Assembly: GCF_004010195.1 (NCBI RefSeq)
Contig: NC_057756.1
Coordinates: 5,331,774 to 5,379,763 of the forward strand
DNA from: Chiloscyllium plagiosum
Lineage: Eukaryota
DNA length: 47,990 nucleotides
Direction of reading: 5' to 3'
Below the pieces are notes generated by a model, which made no database searches, was not told the DNA's origin, and saw only the letters and a program-made list of their open reading frames with translations. The translations under genes were made by a program, and so were the position numbers. Within the stretch, counting starts at the first letter, position 1; every line of letters begins with the position of its first letter. Shown piece by piece: positions 11,737 through 25,765 of the stretch.

Positions 11737-12052
11737 GGCATGATGGCACAGTGGTTAGCACTGCTGCCTCACAGCACCAGGGACCCGGGTTTGATTCCAG
11801 CCTCAGATGACTGTCTGTGTGGAGTTAATACGTTCTCCCTGTGTCTGTGTGGGGTTTCCTCTCACAGTCCAAAGATGCGCAGGTTAGGGTGGATTGGCCA
11901 TGCTTAATTACCTATAGTGTTAGATGCATTAGTCAGGGATAAATATAGGGTAGGGAAATGGGTCTGAATGGGTTACTCTTCGGAGGGTCAGTGTGGACTT
12001 GTTGGGCCGAAGGGCCTGTTTCCACACTACAGGGAATCTAATCTAATCTAAT
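11737..12052 (+). mobile_element. tRNA-derived SINE (HE1/V-SINE-like), near full length
   Basis: A box TGGCACAGTGG (11744), B box GGTTTGATTCC (~11788), V-domain-like TGTGTGGAGTT..TCTCCC, GGGCCGAAGGGCCTG 3' motif, (AATCT)n tail. Confidence 0.9.
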
Positions 12053-12054
12053 CA

Positions 12055-12183
12055 GACCATCACCTGATGAAGGAGCAGCTCTCCGAAAGCGTGTGATTTC
12101 AAATAAGCCTGTTGGACTATAACATGGTGTCCTGTGACTTTTGACCTTGTCCACCCCAGTCCCACACTGGCACCTCCACATTA
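12055..12183 (+). mobile_element. PLE pLTR fragment (type A) with hammerhead mutated at the cleavage site
   Basis: CAC-CTGATGA-AGGAG...CTCC-GAAA-GCGT-GTG followed by the same tail as 7060-7145. Confidence 0.8.
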
Positions 12184-12884
12184 TACCAGAGTATATCGAA
12201 TGTCTGTAACAGTAACTGTAAAGGTGCCTATCTCATTATCTATAATGGGGAATATAACACTCACTTTATCAACATCTGTAATAGTGTTTATAATCAATGT
12301 CAGTAATCTGTGTTTATAATAGTATCTATAATTGTGCCTATATCAGAGACTATGCCAAGGACTTGAATAATTCATATAAAAGTACATGTTTCAGTAACTA
12401 CAGCATTGACTATAGCGGTGTCTATAATAGTGTCAATATCTACAAATGTCAAAAAGTATTTCTGCCGATAACTATATAAATGTCTATATCAGTGCCTATA
12501 ACTGTCTCCATATCAGTGACATAATATTACCTATAACAATGTTAATAATGGTGACTATAATGATGATAATGAATATGTCTTTCAGTGTCTATAACAGCAA
12601 CAGAACGTATAACAGTGATTATAGCAGTGTCTGTGACTGTGTCTGTTTAAGTCTCCATAACACTGTTTATAAAAGTGTCTATATCAGTAACTGGATCAAT
12701 GCCTATAACTGTGTCTGTATATAAATGGTAATGAACTGTGTCACTCTCAGTGTGTATAATAGAGACGATGACAGCATCTCTGTCGGTTTTTATTCCTGCC
12801 ATATCTGTTTCTATGTTAGTGTCTATATCAGCCTATGTACACTGCCTATATCAGTAGCTGTATCTGCATTTATGACAGTCTACA

Positions 12885-14775
12885 TCAGGAAATTATAGGC
12901 CAGTGAGCAAAAGTAGTGAGAAATTATTGGAGAATATTTTTTGATTAAGGGTGCACTCACATTTGAAGAAGAATAGATTTATCAGAGATAGCTAGTGTTA
13001 CTTTATGTGGAGGAGATGTTGTCTCACAAACTCAATTGTGTTTTTCTCTGGTGAAGATGATTGTCGAGGGGACAGCAGTGGATACTGTCTACGTGGACTT
13101 TACTAAAGCATTTGACAAGCTCCCTCACGTTTGTCTGGTCCAGATGATCAAGCCACCTGGGATCCATGGTGAATTGGGTACAAAATTGACTTATTCAGAA
13201 ACGGCAGAGGGGTGTTTTTCAGACAGGAGGTCTGTGAGCAGTGGTGTTCTGCATGGATCAGTGCTGGGACCTCTGCTGGGGGTAATAAATGCAAATGATT
13301 TGTTTGAAACTGTAAGTATTTGTAAGTTTGCAGATAGCACCAAAAGGGTAAAAGTTACAGAAAGCAAGGCAGAGACTTGGATAGATAGCCAGAGACTTTT
13401 CCCCAGGGCAGGATTGACGGGTATGAGGGGGTCATAGTTTGAAGATATTAAGGGAAAGGTATAGAGGAGACGTCAGAGGTAGGTTCTTTATGCAGAGAGT
13501 TGTGAACGCATGGAATGCATTGCCAGTGGTGGTGGTGGAAGCAGAGTCATTGGGGACACTTAAGCTACTGCTAGACATGCACATGGAGAGCAGTGAGTTG
13601 AGGGGTGCGTAGGTTAAGTTATTATATTTTACATTAGGATTAGGTCTCGGCACAACATCGTGGGCCAAAGGGCCTGTTCTGTGCTGTACTTTTCTATGTT
13701 CTATGTTATCAAAGGATACAACAGAATTGAATGTTGTGAAGAGAAGGGCAGATGGAGTTTGATCTGGACAAGTGTGAGGGGACACACCTTAGGAGGTCAA
13801 ATGCAAGAGAAAGGTAGATGGTGAGTGACAGCATTCTCTGGACCGTTGATGTGCAGAGGGACCTTCGCATGCAAGTCTATCGCTCCCTGAAAGTAGCAAC
13901 AGAAGTGGAGAAGGTGGTAAAGAAGGCATGCAGCATTGAGAATAGACGTTGATGAGTCACGTTGCATCTGTACAAGACTTTAGTTAGGCCACATTTGGAG
14001 TGTGTAGGTCTGGTCACCACTCTGTAGGAAGGATGTGGAGTTCTTTAGAGAGGGTGCAAAAGAGGTTTCCCAGGATGTTGCCTGGATTGGAGTGCAGTAG
14101 CTATAAGGAAGGGTTGGACAAATATGGATTGTTTCCACTAAAAGGTAAGAGGCTGAGGGCCCACCTGATGGCAGTATATCAAATTAGAATCCCTACAGAG
14201 TGGAAACAGGCCCTTCGACTCAACAAGGACTGGATTAGGTTAGGATATCTGGTTGGCATGGATGAGTTGAATCAAAGGGTCTGTTTCCGTGCTGTACATC
14301 TCGATGACTCTAAGCCCACACTGACCCTCCAAACAGTAACCCACCCAGACCCATACCCCTGCCCTACATTTTCCCCTGACTAATGCACCTAATCTACACA
14401 TCCCTGAACACTATGGCACAACTTAGCGTGGCCAATTGTGGGAGGAAGCCGGAGCAAACCCATGCAGACATGGAGGAGAATGCGCAGACTCCACACAGGC
14501 TGTTGCCTGAGGCTGGGATCAAACCTGGGTCCCCAGCGCTATGAGGCAGCAGTGCTAACCATGATCCACTGTGCCGCCTCTTAAACATTGCAATTGTATC
14601 TGCTTCTACACCTCCCTGACAAATTACGTTGTTTGAGAGATAGTTAGACAGATATGTGAACAGGAAAGGATTATAGGGATACGGACTATATGCAGGCTAG
14701 TGGGATGAGCTTAGAATGGTGTCATGATTGGCACAGACATGGTGAGCTGAAGGGCCTGTTCCTATGCTGTTATGT
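12885..14775 (+). mobile_element. Nest of degraded CR1 LINE fragments (RT region, plus 3' ends at ~13380-13706, ~14228-14312 and ~14625-14775)
   Basis: VDTVYVDFTKAFDKLPH, SGVLHGSVLGPLL, CKFADSTK, LERVQKRFPRMLPGLE; (TTCTATG)n tail at ~13692. Confidence 0.9.
14185..14578 (-). mobile_element. tRNA-derived SINE (HE1/V-SINE-like), interrupted by a CR1 3' end
   Basis: Reverse complement begins GGCGGCACAGTGG, B box GGTTTGATCCC; 3' end at 14185-14227. Confidence 0.82.
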
Positions 14776-14778
14776 TCC

Positions 14779-15037
14779 GTGTGTATATCAATGACTATAT
14801 TAATATGGCTATCGGTGTCTATAACAGTGTATATAACAGTGTATCTGACAGTGTCTATAACAGTGACTATAGCATTGTCAATAACATTGTCCCAGATAGT
14901 GTGTATATCAATGACTATATCAATATAGCTATCTGTATCTATAACAGTGTATAACAGTGTATCTGACAGTGTCTATAACAGTGACTATAGCATTGTCAAT
15001 AACATTGTCCCAGATAGTGTGTATATCAATGACTATA
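14779..15037. repeat. Recent ~119-bp tandem duplication within satellite B
   Basis: GTGTGTATATCAATGACTATA recurs at ~14779, ~14899 and ~15017 with near-identical intervening sequence. Confidence 0.85.
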
Positions 15038-16445
15038 CCAGTGTCTGGTTAAAACTGTGTTGATTACAGAGCCTATAATAGATTTGATAACAATATCTGT
15101 GAGAGTGTCTAGTTCAGTGTCTATGACAGTGTTGATATCAGTAACTATTTCAGTGTCTAACACAGTACATAGCAGTATGTATAACAGTTTTTTAAAACAT
15201 TTTATATGACCATACCTATATTAGTGACTATGTTAGAGTATATCACGGAGACTATAACAATGTATATGATAAGGTCTACAACAATATCTACCAAACAGTT
15301 TCTGTAACAATATCTAAAACATATTGGTGAATATAACCATATCTCTAACATGGTTCGAGTGTCTGTAATAGTCTTGATGCCTTTTCATATCTCAGTGTCC
15401 AGCACAATGACCATTGCAGTATCATACAGTGTCTGCAAAATTGACAATACAGTGTCTACAACAATGTTGGTAGCAGTTTATATTAGTTTCTATAATAATT
15501 ACTACATTAGTGGCCATAACTGCGCCTATAACAGTGTCTGTATCAGTGTTGATAACATTTCGAGAGCAGGGTCTTTCATACTGAATATAAGTGTTTACAG
15601 CAGTGAGTTAACATGACAGTGTTTAGAACATTGTCTATATGAATGACGATAATAGTGTCTATGTTAGTGTCTATTACAGAGACTAAAACAGAATCTTTAA
15701 CAGTGTATCTATCAATGTGTACAGCAGTGTCAATGTCAGTGATTATATTCACTGCCTGTAACTATAACTAAAACAGTATCAATAGCTGTATATAGAAGTT
15801 TATCTATAATAGTTTTGATAACAGTTTCTATTACAGTTTCTTTAACAGCTGCTGTTAAACAGTAATTATAATATTGTTCATAAAAGTAACTACAAATGTG
15901 CCTGTAACACTGACTATGATAGTTCTGTAACAATGTCTATGTAGTGAGTCTAACAGTGTCTATAAACATCTTTAAGTCAGGGTATTTAACAATGTCTATA
16001 TCAGTGGTTATAACTGTGTCAATGACACTGAATATATCAGTGTCTATATCTGTGACTGTAACTGAATTCTAATAGTGTCTATATAAGTGACTATAACTGT
16101 GTCTATAACATTGTCGATACCCAGTGGTGTTCCGCAGTCTGTACTGAGTCTCCTATTGTTTGTGATATATACAAATGATTTGGATGAGATAGTATATGGC
16201 CTGATTAGTAAGTTTGCAGAGGACACAAAGGTTGGAGGAACTGCAGGTAGTGAGGAGGGTTACCAGAGGATGCAGCAGGATATGGATAGGCTAGAGAAGT
16301 GGGTGGAGAAATGGCAGATACACATTTTTTGAGGTCATAGAGTTATAGTGATGTACAGACCCTTCGGTCCAACCCGTCCATGCTGACCAGATATCTCAAC
16401 CCAATCTAGTCCCACCTGCCAGCACCTGGCCCATATCCCTCCAAA

Positions 16446-16695
16446 NNNNNNNNNNNNNNNNNNNNNNNNNNNNNNNNNNNNNNNNNNNNNNNNNNNNNNN
16501 NNNNNNNNNNNNNNNNNNNNNNNNNNNNNNNNNNNNNNNNNNNNNNNNNNNNNNNNNNNNNNNNNNNNNNNNNNNNNNNNNNNNNNNNNNNNNNNNNNNN
16601 NNNNNNNNNNNNNNNNNNNNNNNNNNNNNNNNNNNNNNNNNNNNNNNNNNNNNNNNNNNNNNNNNNNNNNNNNNNNNNNNNNNNNNNNNNNNNNN
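16446..16695. other. Assembly gap (250 N)
   Basis: N run. Confidence 1.
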
Positions 16696-16899
16696 CCCCG
16701 TGTCTGCGTGGGTTTCCTCCGGGTGCTCCGGTTTCCTCCCACAGTCCAACAATGTGCAGGGTCAGGTGAATTGGCCATGCTAAATTGCCCATAGTGTTAG
16801 GTAAGGGGTAAATGTCGAGGTATGGGTGGGTTGCGCTTCGGTGGGTCGGTGTGGACTTGTTGGGCCGAAGGGCCTGTTTCCACACTGTAATGTAATGTA
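16696..16899 (+). mobile_element. HE1/V-SINE-like SINE, 3' portion
   Basis: GGGTTTCCTCCGGGTGCTCCGGTTTCCTCCCACAGTCCAA core; (TGTAA)n tail; similar to 36450-36657. Confidence 0.9.
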
Positions 16900-17914
16900 A
16901 AATGTACTCCTTGTAAATCCTTGAGGTGATACATTTTGGAAGGCCAAACGCAGGAGGAAGGGATACTGTACATGCAGAACCCTTAGAAGCATGAAGATGC
17001 AGAGGGACATGGATGTACAAGTCCATAATTCCCTGAAAGTGGAAACAAACGTGGATAAGGTGGTCAAGAAGGCATACAGCATGCTTGCCTTCATCAGTTG
17101 GGGCATAGAGTCATGTTGCAGCTGTACAGAGCTTGAGTTCAGCCACATTTGGAATACTGTGTACAGTTCTGGTTGTCACACTACCAGAAGGATTAGGAGA
17201 CTATGGAGACAGTGCAGAAACTGTTTACCAGAATGTTGCCTGGTTTGGAGGGTGTTAGCTATGAGGAGAGATGGAACAAACCTGATTTGTTTTGACTTGA
17301 ACATCAAAGGATGAGGGGCAACCCTGATAGAAGTTCACAAAATTATAAGAGGCATGGATAGAATGAATAGTCGGAGTCTTTTACCCAGGATAGAAATCTT
17401 ACCGGGGGATCTAGGGTTAGGGTAAAGGGGAGTATGTTTGAAGATGCCTGAGGCAAGTATTTGACACAGTGGGTGTTAAGTGCCTGGAATGTGCTGTCAG
17501 ATGAGGAGGTGGAGGCGATTATGAGAGCAACATTTACGAGCCATCTTGCCAGATGAATATGTAAGGAATAAAGGGACATGGACGATGTAGAGGCAAAAAA
17601 AAATTAGTTTAGAAAGTCATCATGTGTCAGCAGAGTCTTGGTGGGCCAAAGGGCCAGTTGCTGTGCTGTATTGTGCTTTGTTATAATGGTGACTATAATA
17701 GTGTCCATAGCAGTGTGCACATGAGTGACGCCTCTATCAGTATTGATAATGGAGACTCTAACATTTTCTGTATCTCTGTCTCTATCAGTCTCTGTAGCAG
17801 TGTCTTTGTCAGTGATTACATCAGGGTTGATTACAGTGACCACTACTGTGTCTGTAATAGTATTTGTAACAGTTTTTATAACAATATCTATAAGACAGGC
17901 TACAAGCATGTCTA

Positions 17915-18115
17915 GATTGTGTTGCTGGAAAAGCACAGCAGATCAGGCAGCATCCGAGGAGCAGGAAATTCGATGTTTCAGGCCAGAGCGTTTCATCAGG
18001 AATCAGGGCTCCAGCCTGGAACATGGATTTTCCTGCTCCTCGGATGCTGCCTGACCTGCTGTGTTTTTCCAGCAACACACTCTCAACTCTGATCTCCATC
18101 ATCTGCAGACCGCTC
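17915..18115. mobile_element. Fold-back PLE pLTR mini-element (type B, older)
   Basis: Inverted arms around ~18003; diverged 15-bp TSD at 17900-17914 and 18116-18130 (3 mismatches). Confidence 0.8.
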
Positions 18116-21100
18116 CTACAACCGTATCTATACTAGTGAGTATAATGGTGTCATAACAGCCTCTATACAAGTTTCTACAACAGTGTCTGTAACAAAGTTT
18201 ATGACATTATTTATGAGTGCGTATAACAGTGACTAGAAATTTGTTTGTATCACTGTCTATAATAGCGACTATAACAGTGAGGATAACAATGTTATAAAGT
18301 GTCGATGTCAGTGATTCTAACAGGTTCTGTGTCAATGTCTGTAACAATGTTGATAAAAGTCTTTATTTCAGTGTCAATAGCTGTTTCTATGTCAGTGCCT
18401 ATAACTGTTTCTCACAGTGGCTAAATGACAGTGTCTACAACAGTGTCAATGTCAGTGAGTACAACAGTATCTACATCAGTATCAATACCAGAGATTATGA
18501 TAGCAACAATACTCATGACTTTAATAGTTTCTATCACAGTATTTATAACATTTTCCATTGCAGTGACTGTCTATCAGAGTGTCTACAACAGTGTCTAGCA
18601 CAATATCTATGTCAGTGTTTGTCAGTGACTGTAGCACTATCTATATCAGCATCCAAAGCAGACAGTAAAGTAACATTGTCTGTAACAGTGAGTATGTCAG
18701 TATCTATCACAGTGATACCGTTGTGTCTAAATCAGTGAATGTATCAGTGTCTGCACCAGTGTCTATATCAGAGACTACAGCAATGTCAAAGTCAACTAAT
18801 TTCATAATGTCTATTTCAGGGTCTATAATAGTGATTATAACAGTCTTAATAAGTGTGTTAATAACAGTTCAGTATCTATAACAGTGTTAACGCCTAACTA
18901 TTTCAGTATCTAGCAATGTGACTATCACAGGATAGGGCAATGCCTTTATCAGTGTCTATAATAGTAACTAGTGTCAATAACAGAGTTAGAATCAGTAACT
19001 ATGGGCAGTGATTTTATCACTTTCTATAACAGTGATTACATTTTGGCTTTAACTGTCTATAAGAGTATTTATATCAGTAACTATGTGAGTGTCTAGCACA
19101 GTGACACAGTTTAAAGTAGTGTCTGTAATGGTGACTGCAACAATGTCTGTCACACCATCTAAAACAACATCCATGTCAGTGTCGATAATAGTTTCTTTCA
19201 CAGTGTCAAAACAGTATCTATATCAGTAGCTAAAACAGTCTCTATATCTACCTTCATGACAGTATCTGTAATGGAATGTAAAGCAGTGTGTATAACAGTG
19301 ACTATAACAGTGTTCATATCAGTGACTGTTAATAGTGTTTCTGTCAGTGTCTACAGCTGTATCTATGGCAGTGTCTATAACATTATCTGTAATGGTGGCT
19401 TTATCATTGTCTGTAATGGTATCTGTGACAATGATTATAATAGTGTCTTTTCAAATGTCTATAACAATATCTACATCAGTGTTATAACATTATCTTTCAG
19501 CATTTGTAGTGTGTATATTATTGCCTATAACAGAATCTACATTATTGTCTATCATCATGATTATATCAGTGTCTATATTAAGTGACTGGAACAATATCAT
19601 ATCAGTGCCTATATCAATCATTGTATCAGTGTCTATGTCAGTGACTAAAGCAGTGTCGATGACAGTGTCTATATACAGTGTCTATAACTCTGTATATATA
19701 ATGTTATCCATAACAGTGGTTATAATAATGTATATGACATGGTCTTTAACAATTTATATAACATAGTCTCTAGCAATATCTGTAACAAGGCCTTCAACAG
19801 TATCTATACCAGTGAATGTAATTATGACTCTGACAGTGCCTATTTTAATGTTTACAACAGTGTTAACATAATAGCATCTCTAACAGTGTAAAAGCATCAG
19901 AATTTATAACAGCATATATAATAGTGTTGACAAATGTAACTCTGTCAGTGTCTATACATTCATATGTGTTTTAATGTATATACAGAACCCATTGACACTG
20001 ACTCTATCCATGTCTATAACAGAGTCTGTAACGTTGACTAAGACAGTGTATAACAGTTTCTATAACAGTGTCTATGACAATATTTACCGGTATATCAGAA
20101 ACTTTCACAGTGTTTGTTACAGTGTCTGTAACATTATCTACAAAATTGTCTATATGAGTGTCTATAGAAATGCCTATGCCAGTGCTTACATCATTGTCTA
20201 TAATATACCTATAGCATTCTGTATAATATTGTCTATAACCATGCTGATAAAAGCATCTACAACAGTGCCTATAACAGTGTCACTATAGGCCTGTACAATT
20301 GTCTATCACAGTGTCATTATCGATGAATATAACAGTGTCTATAACATTGTCTATAGAAGAGAGTATAACGATATCGATAGTGGGATTTGTAAGATTGTCT
20401 ACAACAGTAAATATGACAGCGATGATATCAATGGTCAAAACGTTGTTGACAAAAGGAGTATCTATCACAGCAGCTATAAAACTAAGGCTGTAACACAGTA
20501 TTCTGCTCTCTGTTCTGCTGCCTTGATGCATTTTGTATGGTACAATCTCCCTGTATAGCACTCAAAACAGCACTTTTCACTGTATCTCAGTACATGCGAC
20601 AACAGGAAAGTAAACTCAAACATGTCTATTACAGTGTCAACAACAGTGTTGATATAGGACTGACAACTGGTATCTATACCAGTAATGACAACCGTGTTTA
20701 TCACTGTCTCTATAAAAATGTCTATTACAGTGTTAATAACAACTTCTATAAAAGTCTTTCTTAAAATATCTATAACAGTATCACTAACAGTGTTGATAAA
20801 AGTTTCTATTAGTGTTTGTGATATCATTTCTGTCAGTGATAAAAGTGACAATAATATTGTCTATCACAGGATCTATATCAGTGATTTTAACATTGTCTAT
20901 AACAGTTTCTATAATGCTGTCTACAACAGTATCTATAACATCATCTATGATAATGTTCATAACAATTCCATGTCATTGCCTATGAAAGTACCTATAACAT
21001 TGTCTGCAAGTGACTTTGGTAGTGTAAATATCAGTGTCTATATTAACAGCTATAACATTATTAATAAGTGTCCAAAACAATGTAGTAACATTGTCCATAA

Positions 21101-23071
21101 CTGTGCCTATAACAATATCTAGAACAGTGTCTATAACTATGAATATACCAGTGTGTGTAATAGTATATTTATCTAAATAAGTCTACATAACAGTATCATT
21201 ATGTATTATTGTTATAACATCTATAACATTCTGTAGAAGAAGCTATAACAATGACTTTAATGGTATCTATAAGATGTCTACTTCGGTAATTATAATTGTG
21301 ATGATATCATTGGCAATTGTCTATATCAGCGACCGTAACAATATCTATAATAGTGACACTTACCATATCTATAATAGTATCTATACCAGTGCCTATATCA
21401 GAGTCTACATCAGTGACTATATCACTGTTTATATCAGAGATTGAAACAGTGTCTATAAATATGGATATAATGGTGTCTATAAAAGAGTCAATATGATGGT
21501 CTATATCAGTGTCTATAATTAGTAGTTGTATAAGTAGCTTTAACAATGTTTCTGACAGTGATGATATCAGTGGCCAAATCAGTGTTGATAACAATACCTT
21601 TATCAGAAACCAGAATGGTTTCCATCACAGTCTCCATAACATTGTCTATAGCAGTGTGTATTAACGTATCCTTAGCAATTCCATTAGCAGTCTGTAACAT
21701 TCTCTATATCAGTGAATGTAACAATCTCTATAACAGTGTCTATACTAGTGACTATATCAGTGACTATAACAATATCTATGACAGTGATTATAACAGTATT
21801 GATATCAGAATCTGTAGCAATCCCTATATTCATATCTATGACAGTGTCTGTAACAATAACTATAACAGTGATGATATCAGTGTCATTAATATTATCTATA
21901 GCAGAAACAGAACAGTTTCTATCACTGTCACTATAACAGTGTCTGTAACAGTAACTAGAACAGGGTCGATAATAGAGTCTTTAGAATTGTCTATTACAGA
22001 GTCTAAAGCAGTTTCTCAATCTGTCTGTATGACAGTGTCGACAGAAGCTCTATCAGTGCCTCCTACCCATTATAACAGTGCGTATTATCATTGTCTATAA
22101 CAGTAGTTATAAAACTGTGTATAAAAACATTTAATACAGTTACTATATCAATGTCTCTAATGGTGTCTATCTCATGGACTATAACAGTGCTGCTGACAGT
22201 GTTTATATCAGCATCTGTAATATTATCTATAATGCTCTCTGTAACAATGTCTATAACACTAACTATAACAGTGTCTTTATCGGTGACTAGAACTGTATCT
22301 ATAAAAATGTATTTAACATTGTCTATGGCTGTAACAGTATTAAGAGCAGTGTATATAACAATATCTACCTCAGTCTTTATAGGAGTTACTTTATCAGTGT
22401 CTATAACATTATGTATAAGTGCATAAAATAGTCTATGACAATGTCTTTAGCAGTGTGCATAGCAGTGACTATAATTGTGTCTATAACAGTGTCCATATCA
22501 TAACCCATAACAGTGACTATATCAATGTCCATTTCTGTGTATTTATGTGTCTATATCACTGAATCCAGCAGTGACTATAACAATGTCCATTTCTGTGTAT
22601 TTATAAGTGTCTATATCACAGAATCCAGCAGTGACTATAACAATATCTATAGAAGTGTCTAGATCAACATCTATATCAGTTTGTATCAGTGACTGTAGCA
22701 TTGACTGTAACAGTATCTATGATAATGACTATAACATTGTCTAAAATAGCATCAGTATCAATGCTTGTAACATTGTTTATATAACTCTCTATAAAAGTGA
22801 CCAAGACACTGTCTATATCTGTGCCTATACCACAGTCTATATCAATAACTATAACAGTGGCTCGAACAGTCTCTATAACAGTGAACGGTGACAATCTTAT
22901 TGACTATAATAGTATCTGTAATGGTGACTAGGTCAGTGCCTATATTAGTGTCGATCCCAGTAACTACTCATATACAATACTGCTTGTAAAAGCATTTATA
23001 ATAGTGTCTATATCAAAATCCATAACAGTCTCTATAATGGTGTACATAACAGAAACTGTAACAATGTCAAA

Positions 23072-23571
23072 NNNNNNNNNNNNNNNNNNNNNNNNNNNNN
23101 NNNNNNNNNNNNNNNNNNNNNNNNNNNNNNNNNNNNNNNNNNNNNNNNNNNNNNNNNNNNNNNNNNNNNNNNNNNNNNNNNNNNNNNNNNNNNNNNNNNN
23201 NNNNNNNNNNNNNNNNNNNNNNNNNNNNNNNNNNNNNNNNNNNNNNNNNNNNNNNNNNNNNNNNNNNNNNNNNNNNNNNNNNNNNNNNNNNNNNNNNNNN
23301 NNNNNNNNNNNNNNNNNNNNNNNNNNNNNNNNNNNNNNNNNNNNNNNNNNNNNNNNNNNNNNNNNNNNNNNNNNNNNNNNNNNNNNNNNNNNNNNNNNNN
23401 NNNNNNNNNNNNNNNNNNNNNNNNNNNNNNNNNNNNNNNNNNNNNNNNNNNNNNNNNNNNNNNNNNNNNNNNNNNNNNNNNNNNNNNNNNNNNNNNNNNN
23501 NNNNNNNNNNNNNNNNNNNNNNNNNNNNNNNNNNNNNNNNNNNNNNNNNNNNNNNNNNNNNNNNNNNNNNN
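23072..23571. other. Assembly gap (500 N)
   Basis: N run. Confidence 1.
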
Positions 23572-24599
23572 GGTTTAATATCCTTTTATTAGCCGATTCG
23601 TTCCAAAAAACACCTGTGCTGTGCTGTAATGTGTTATGTTGTATTGGTCTAATATCCGGTATTAGACAAATGGTACCATAAAGGTACTGTACTGCGCTGT
23701 AACGCTGTTTGTTCTGTCAGTCTAACTTCCTTTATTAGCCGAGCTATTCCACAAAGGGCCTGTACTGTGCTATAATTATCTACTGTCTATAACTATATTC
23801 CTCTATTTGCCGAGCGGTTCCATAAACGACCGGTGTTGCTGTGTAATGTGCTACGTTGTATTGGTCTAATTTACGGTATTAGCCGAAGGGTACCATAACG
23901 GGCCTGTTCTGCGCTGCAATGCTGTAGGTCCTACCAGTCTAACTTCCTTTATTAGCCGAGCTGTTTCAGGAAGGATCTGTACTGCGCTGTAATGTGCTAT
24001 GTCGTGTTGGTCTAATGTTCGGTATTAGCCGAGTGGTTCCATAATGGACTGTGCTGTGCTGTAATTCTCTACTCACTATGAATCCATATTCCTTTATTGG
24101 CCGAGCGGTTCCATAAAGAGCCTGTACTGTGCTTGAATTGTCTACGTCTATGAGCTGTATTCCTTTACTTGCCGAGCGGTTCCATAAAGGCCTTCTTCTG
24201 CTCTGTCATGTGCTATGTTGAATTGGTCTAATGTCCGGTATTAGCCGGATGGTACTATAAAGGACCTGTACTGCGTTGGAATGCCGTATGTCCTATCAGT
24301 CTAACTTCCTTTATTAGCCGAGATGTTGCATAAAGGGCCTATACTGTGCTTTAATTGTCTATGAACTCTATTCCTTTACCTGCCGGGCGGATCCATAAAG
24401 GAAATGTACTGCTCTGTCATGTGCTATGTTGTATTGGTCTAATGTCCGGTATTCGCAGAGTGGTACTAAATAGGGCCTGTACTGCACTGTAATGCTGTAT
24501 GTTCTATCAGTCTAACTTCCTTTATTTGCTGATCTGTTCCATAAAGGGCCTGTACTGCGCTAGAATGTGTTATGTTGTATTGGTCTAATGTCGTTATTA

Positions 24600-24800
24600 T
24601 CTTCGAGGAGAAAGTGAGGACTGCAGATGCTGGAGATCAGAGCTGAAAATGTGTTGCTGGAAAAGCGCAGCAGGTCAGGCAGCATCCAAGGAACAGGAGA
24701 ATCGACGTTTCGGGCATAGGCCCTTATGCCAGAAACATCGATTCTCCTGTTCCTTGGATGCTGCCTGACCTGCTGCACTTTTCCAGCAACACATTTTCAG
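24600..24800. mobile_element. Fold-back PLE pLTR mini-element (type B)
   Basis: Arms meet in hammerhead stem II (~24723); TSD CTAATGTCGTTATTA at 24585-24599 and 24801-24815. Confidence 0.9.
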
Positions 24801-25478
24801 CTAATGTCGTTATTAGCCGAGTCGTTCCAAAAGGCACCTGTGCTGCGCTGTAATGTGTTATGTTGTATTGGTCTAATGTCCGGTATTAGCCGAATGGGAC
24901 CATAAAGGGTCCCATTACTGGCTGTAATTCCGTATGTTCTATCAGCCTAACTTCCTTTATTAGCTGAGCGGTTCCATAAAGGACGATTTTGGCGAATACT
25001 GGACATTGGACCAATACAACATAACAGATTACAGTGCAGTACACGGCCTTTATGGAACCGCTCGGCAAATAAAGAAATATAGTTCATAGAACGTAGAGAA
25101 TTATAGAGCAGTACAGGCCATTTATGGAACAGCTCGGCTAATAACGAAAGTTAGACTGACAGAACATAAGGCATTACATCGCAGGACAGGCCCTTTATGG
25201 TACCATTCGGCTAATACCAGACATTAGACCAATAGAACATAGCACAATACAGGGCATTACAGGTCCTTTTGGGTACCGCTCGGCCATTACTGGACATTAG
25301 ACCAATACAACAGAGCACATTACAGCAGAGTACAGCCCCTAAATGGAACCGCTCGGCTAATAAAGTAAGTCAGTGTCATATAACAGGAGAAAGTGAGGTC
25401 TGCAGATGCTGGAGATCAAAGTTGAAACTTTATTGCTGGAACAGCACAGCAGGTCAGGCAGCATCCAGGGAACAGGAG

Positions 25479-25514
25479 ATTCGACGTTTCGGGCACAGGC
25501 CCTTCTTCAGGAAT
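25479..25514 (-). ncRNA. Minimal type I hammerhead ribozyme (type B), core intact
   Basis: Minus strand ATTC-CTGAAGA-A-GGGC/ctgt/GCCC-GAAA-CG-TC^GAAT; 4-bp stem I. Confidence 0.8.
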
Positions 25515-25729
25515 GAGCAGAGAGTGTTCAGCAGGAGAAGATAAAAGGTAGGGAGGAGGGACTTGGAGGAGGGGAGTTGGAAATGTCTTCTTCTTGACCT
25601 CTCCGCCTCCACCCTACTCCGACCTATCACCCTCACCTTGACCTCTTTCCACCTATCACATTTCCAACGCCCCTCCTCCAAGTCCCTCCTCCCTACCTTT
25701 TATCTTCTCCTGCTGAACACTCTCTGCTC

Positions 25730-25765
25730 ATTCCTGAAGAAGGGCCTGTGCCCGAAACGTCGAAT
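25730..25765 (+). ncRNA. Minimal type I hammerhead ribozyme (type B), core intact
   Basis: ATTC-CTGAAGA-A-GGGC/ctgt/GCCC-GAAA-CG-TC^GAAT; predicted cleavage after C25761. Confidence 0.8.

Larger units (their letters stand above)
16121..17680 (+). mobile_element. Degraded CR1 LINE (RT fragment 16121-16320, 3' half ~16920-17680) with a nested minus-strand CR1 3' end (~16335-16445) and a SINE
   Basis: SGVPQSVLSLLLFVIYTNDLD..ISKFAEDTKVGG; SLKVETNVDKVVKKAYSMLAFISWGIE; GGGCCAAAGGGCC 3' motif. Confidence 0.88.
4395..23071. repeat. Highly degenerate 12-bp minisatellite, consensus ~ATAACAGTGTCT (satellite B), with many TE insertions
   Basis: CTATAACAGTGT-like units throughout; ORF track shows SITV/YNSV 4-aa periodicity. 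Confidence 0.9.

Noticed and set aside
4395..23071. Hydrophobic SITV-rich ORFs as membrane proteins
   Set aside because: Translation of the degenerate 12-bp repeat; frequent stops and no frame preference
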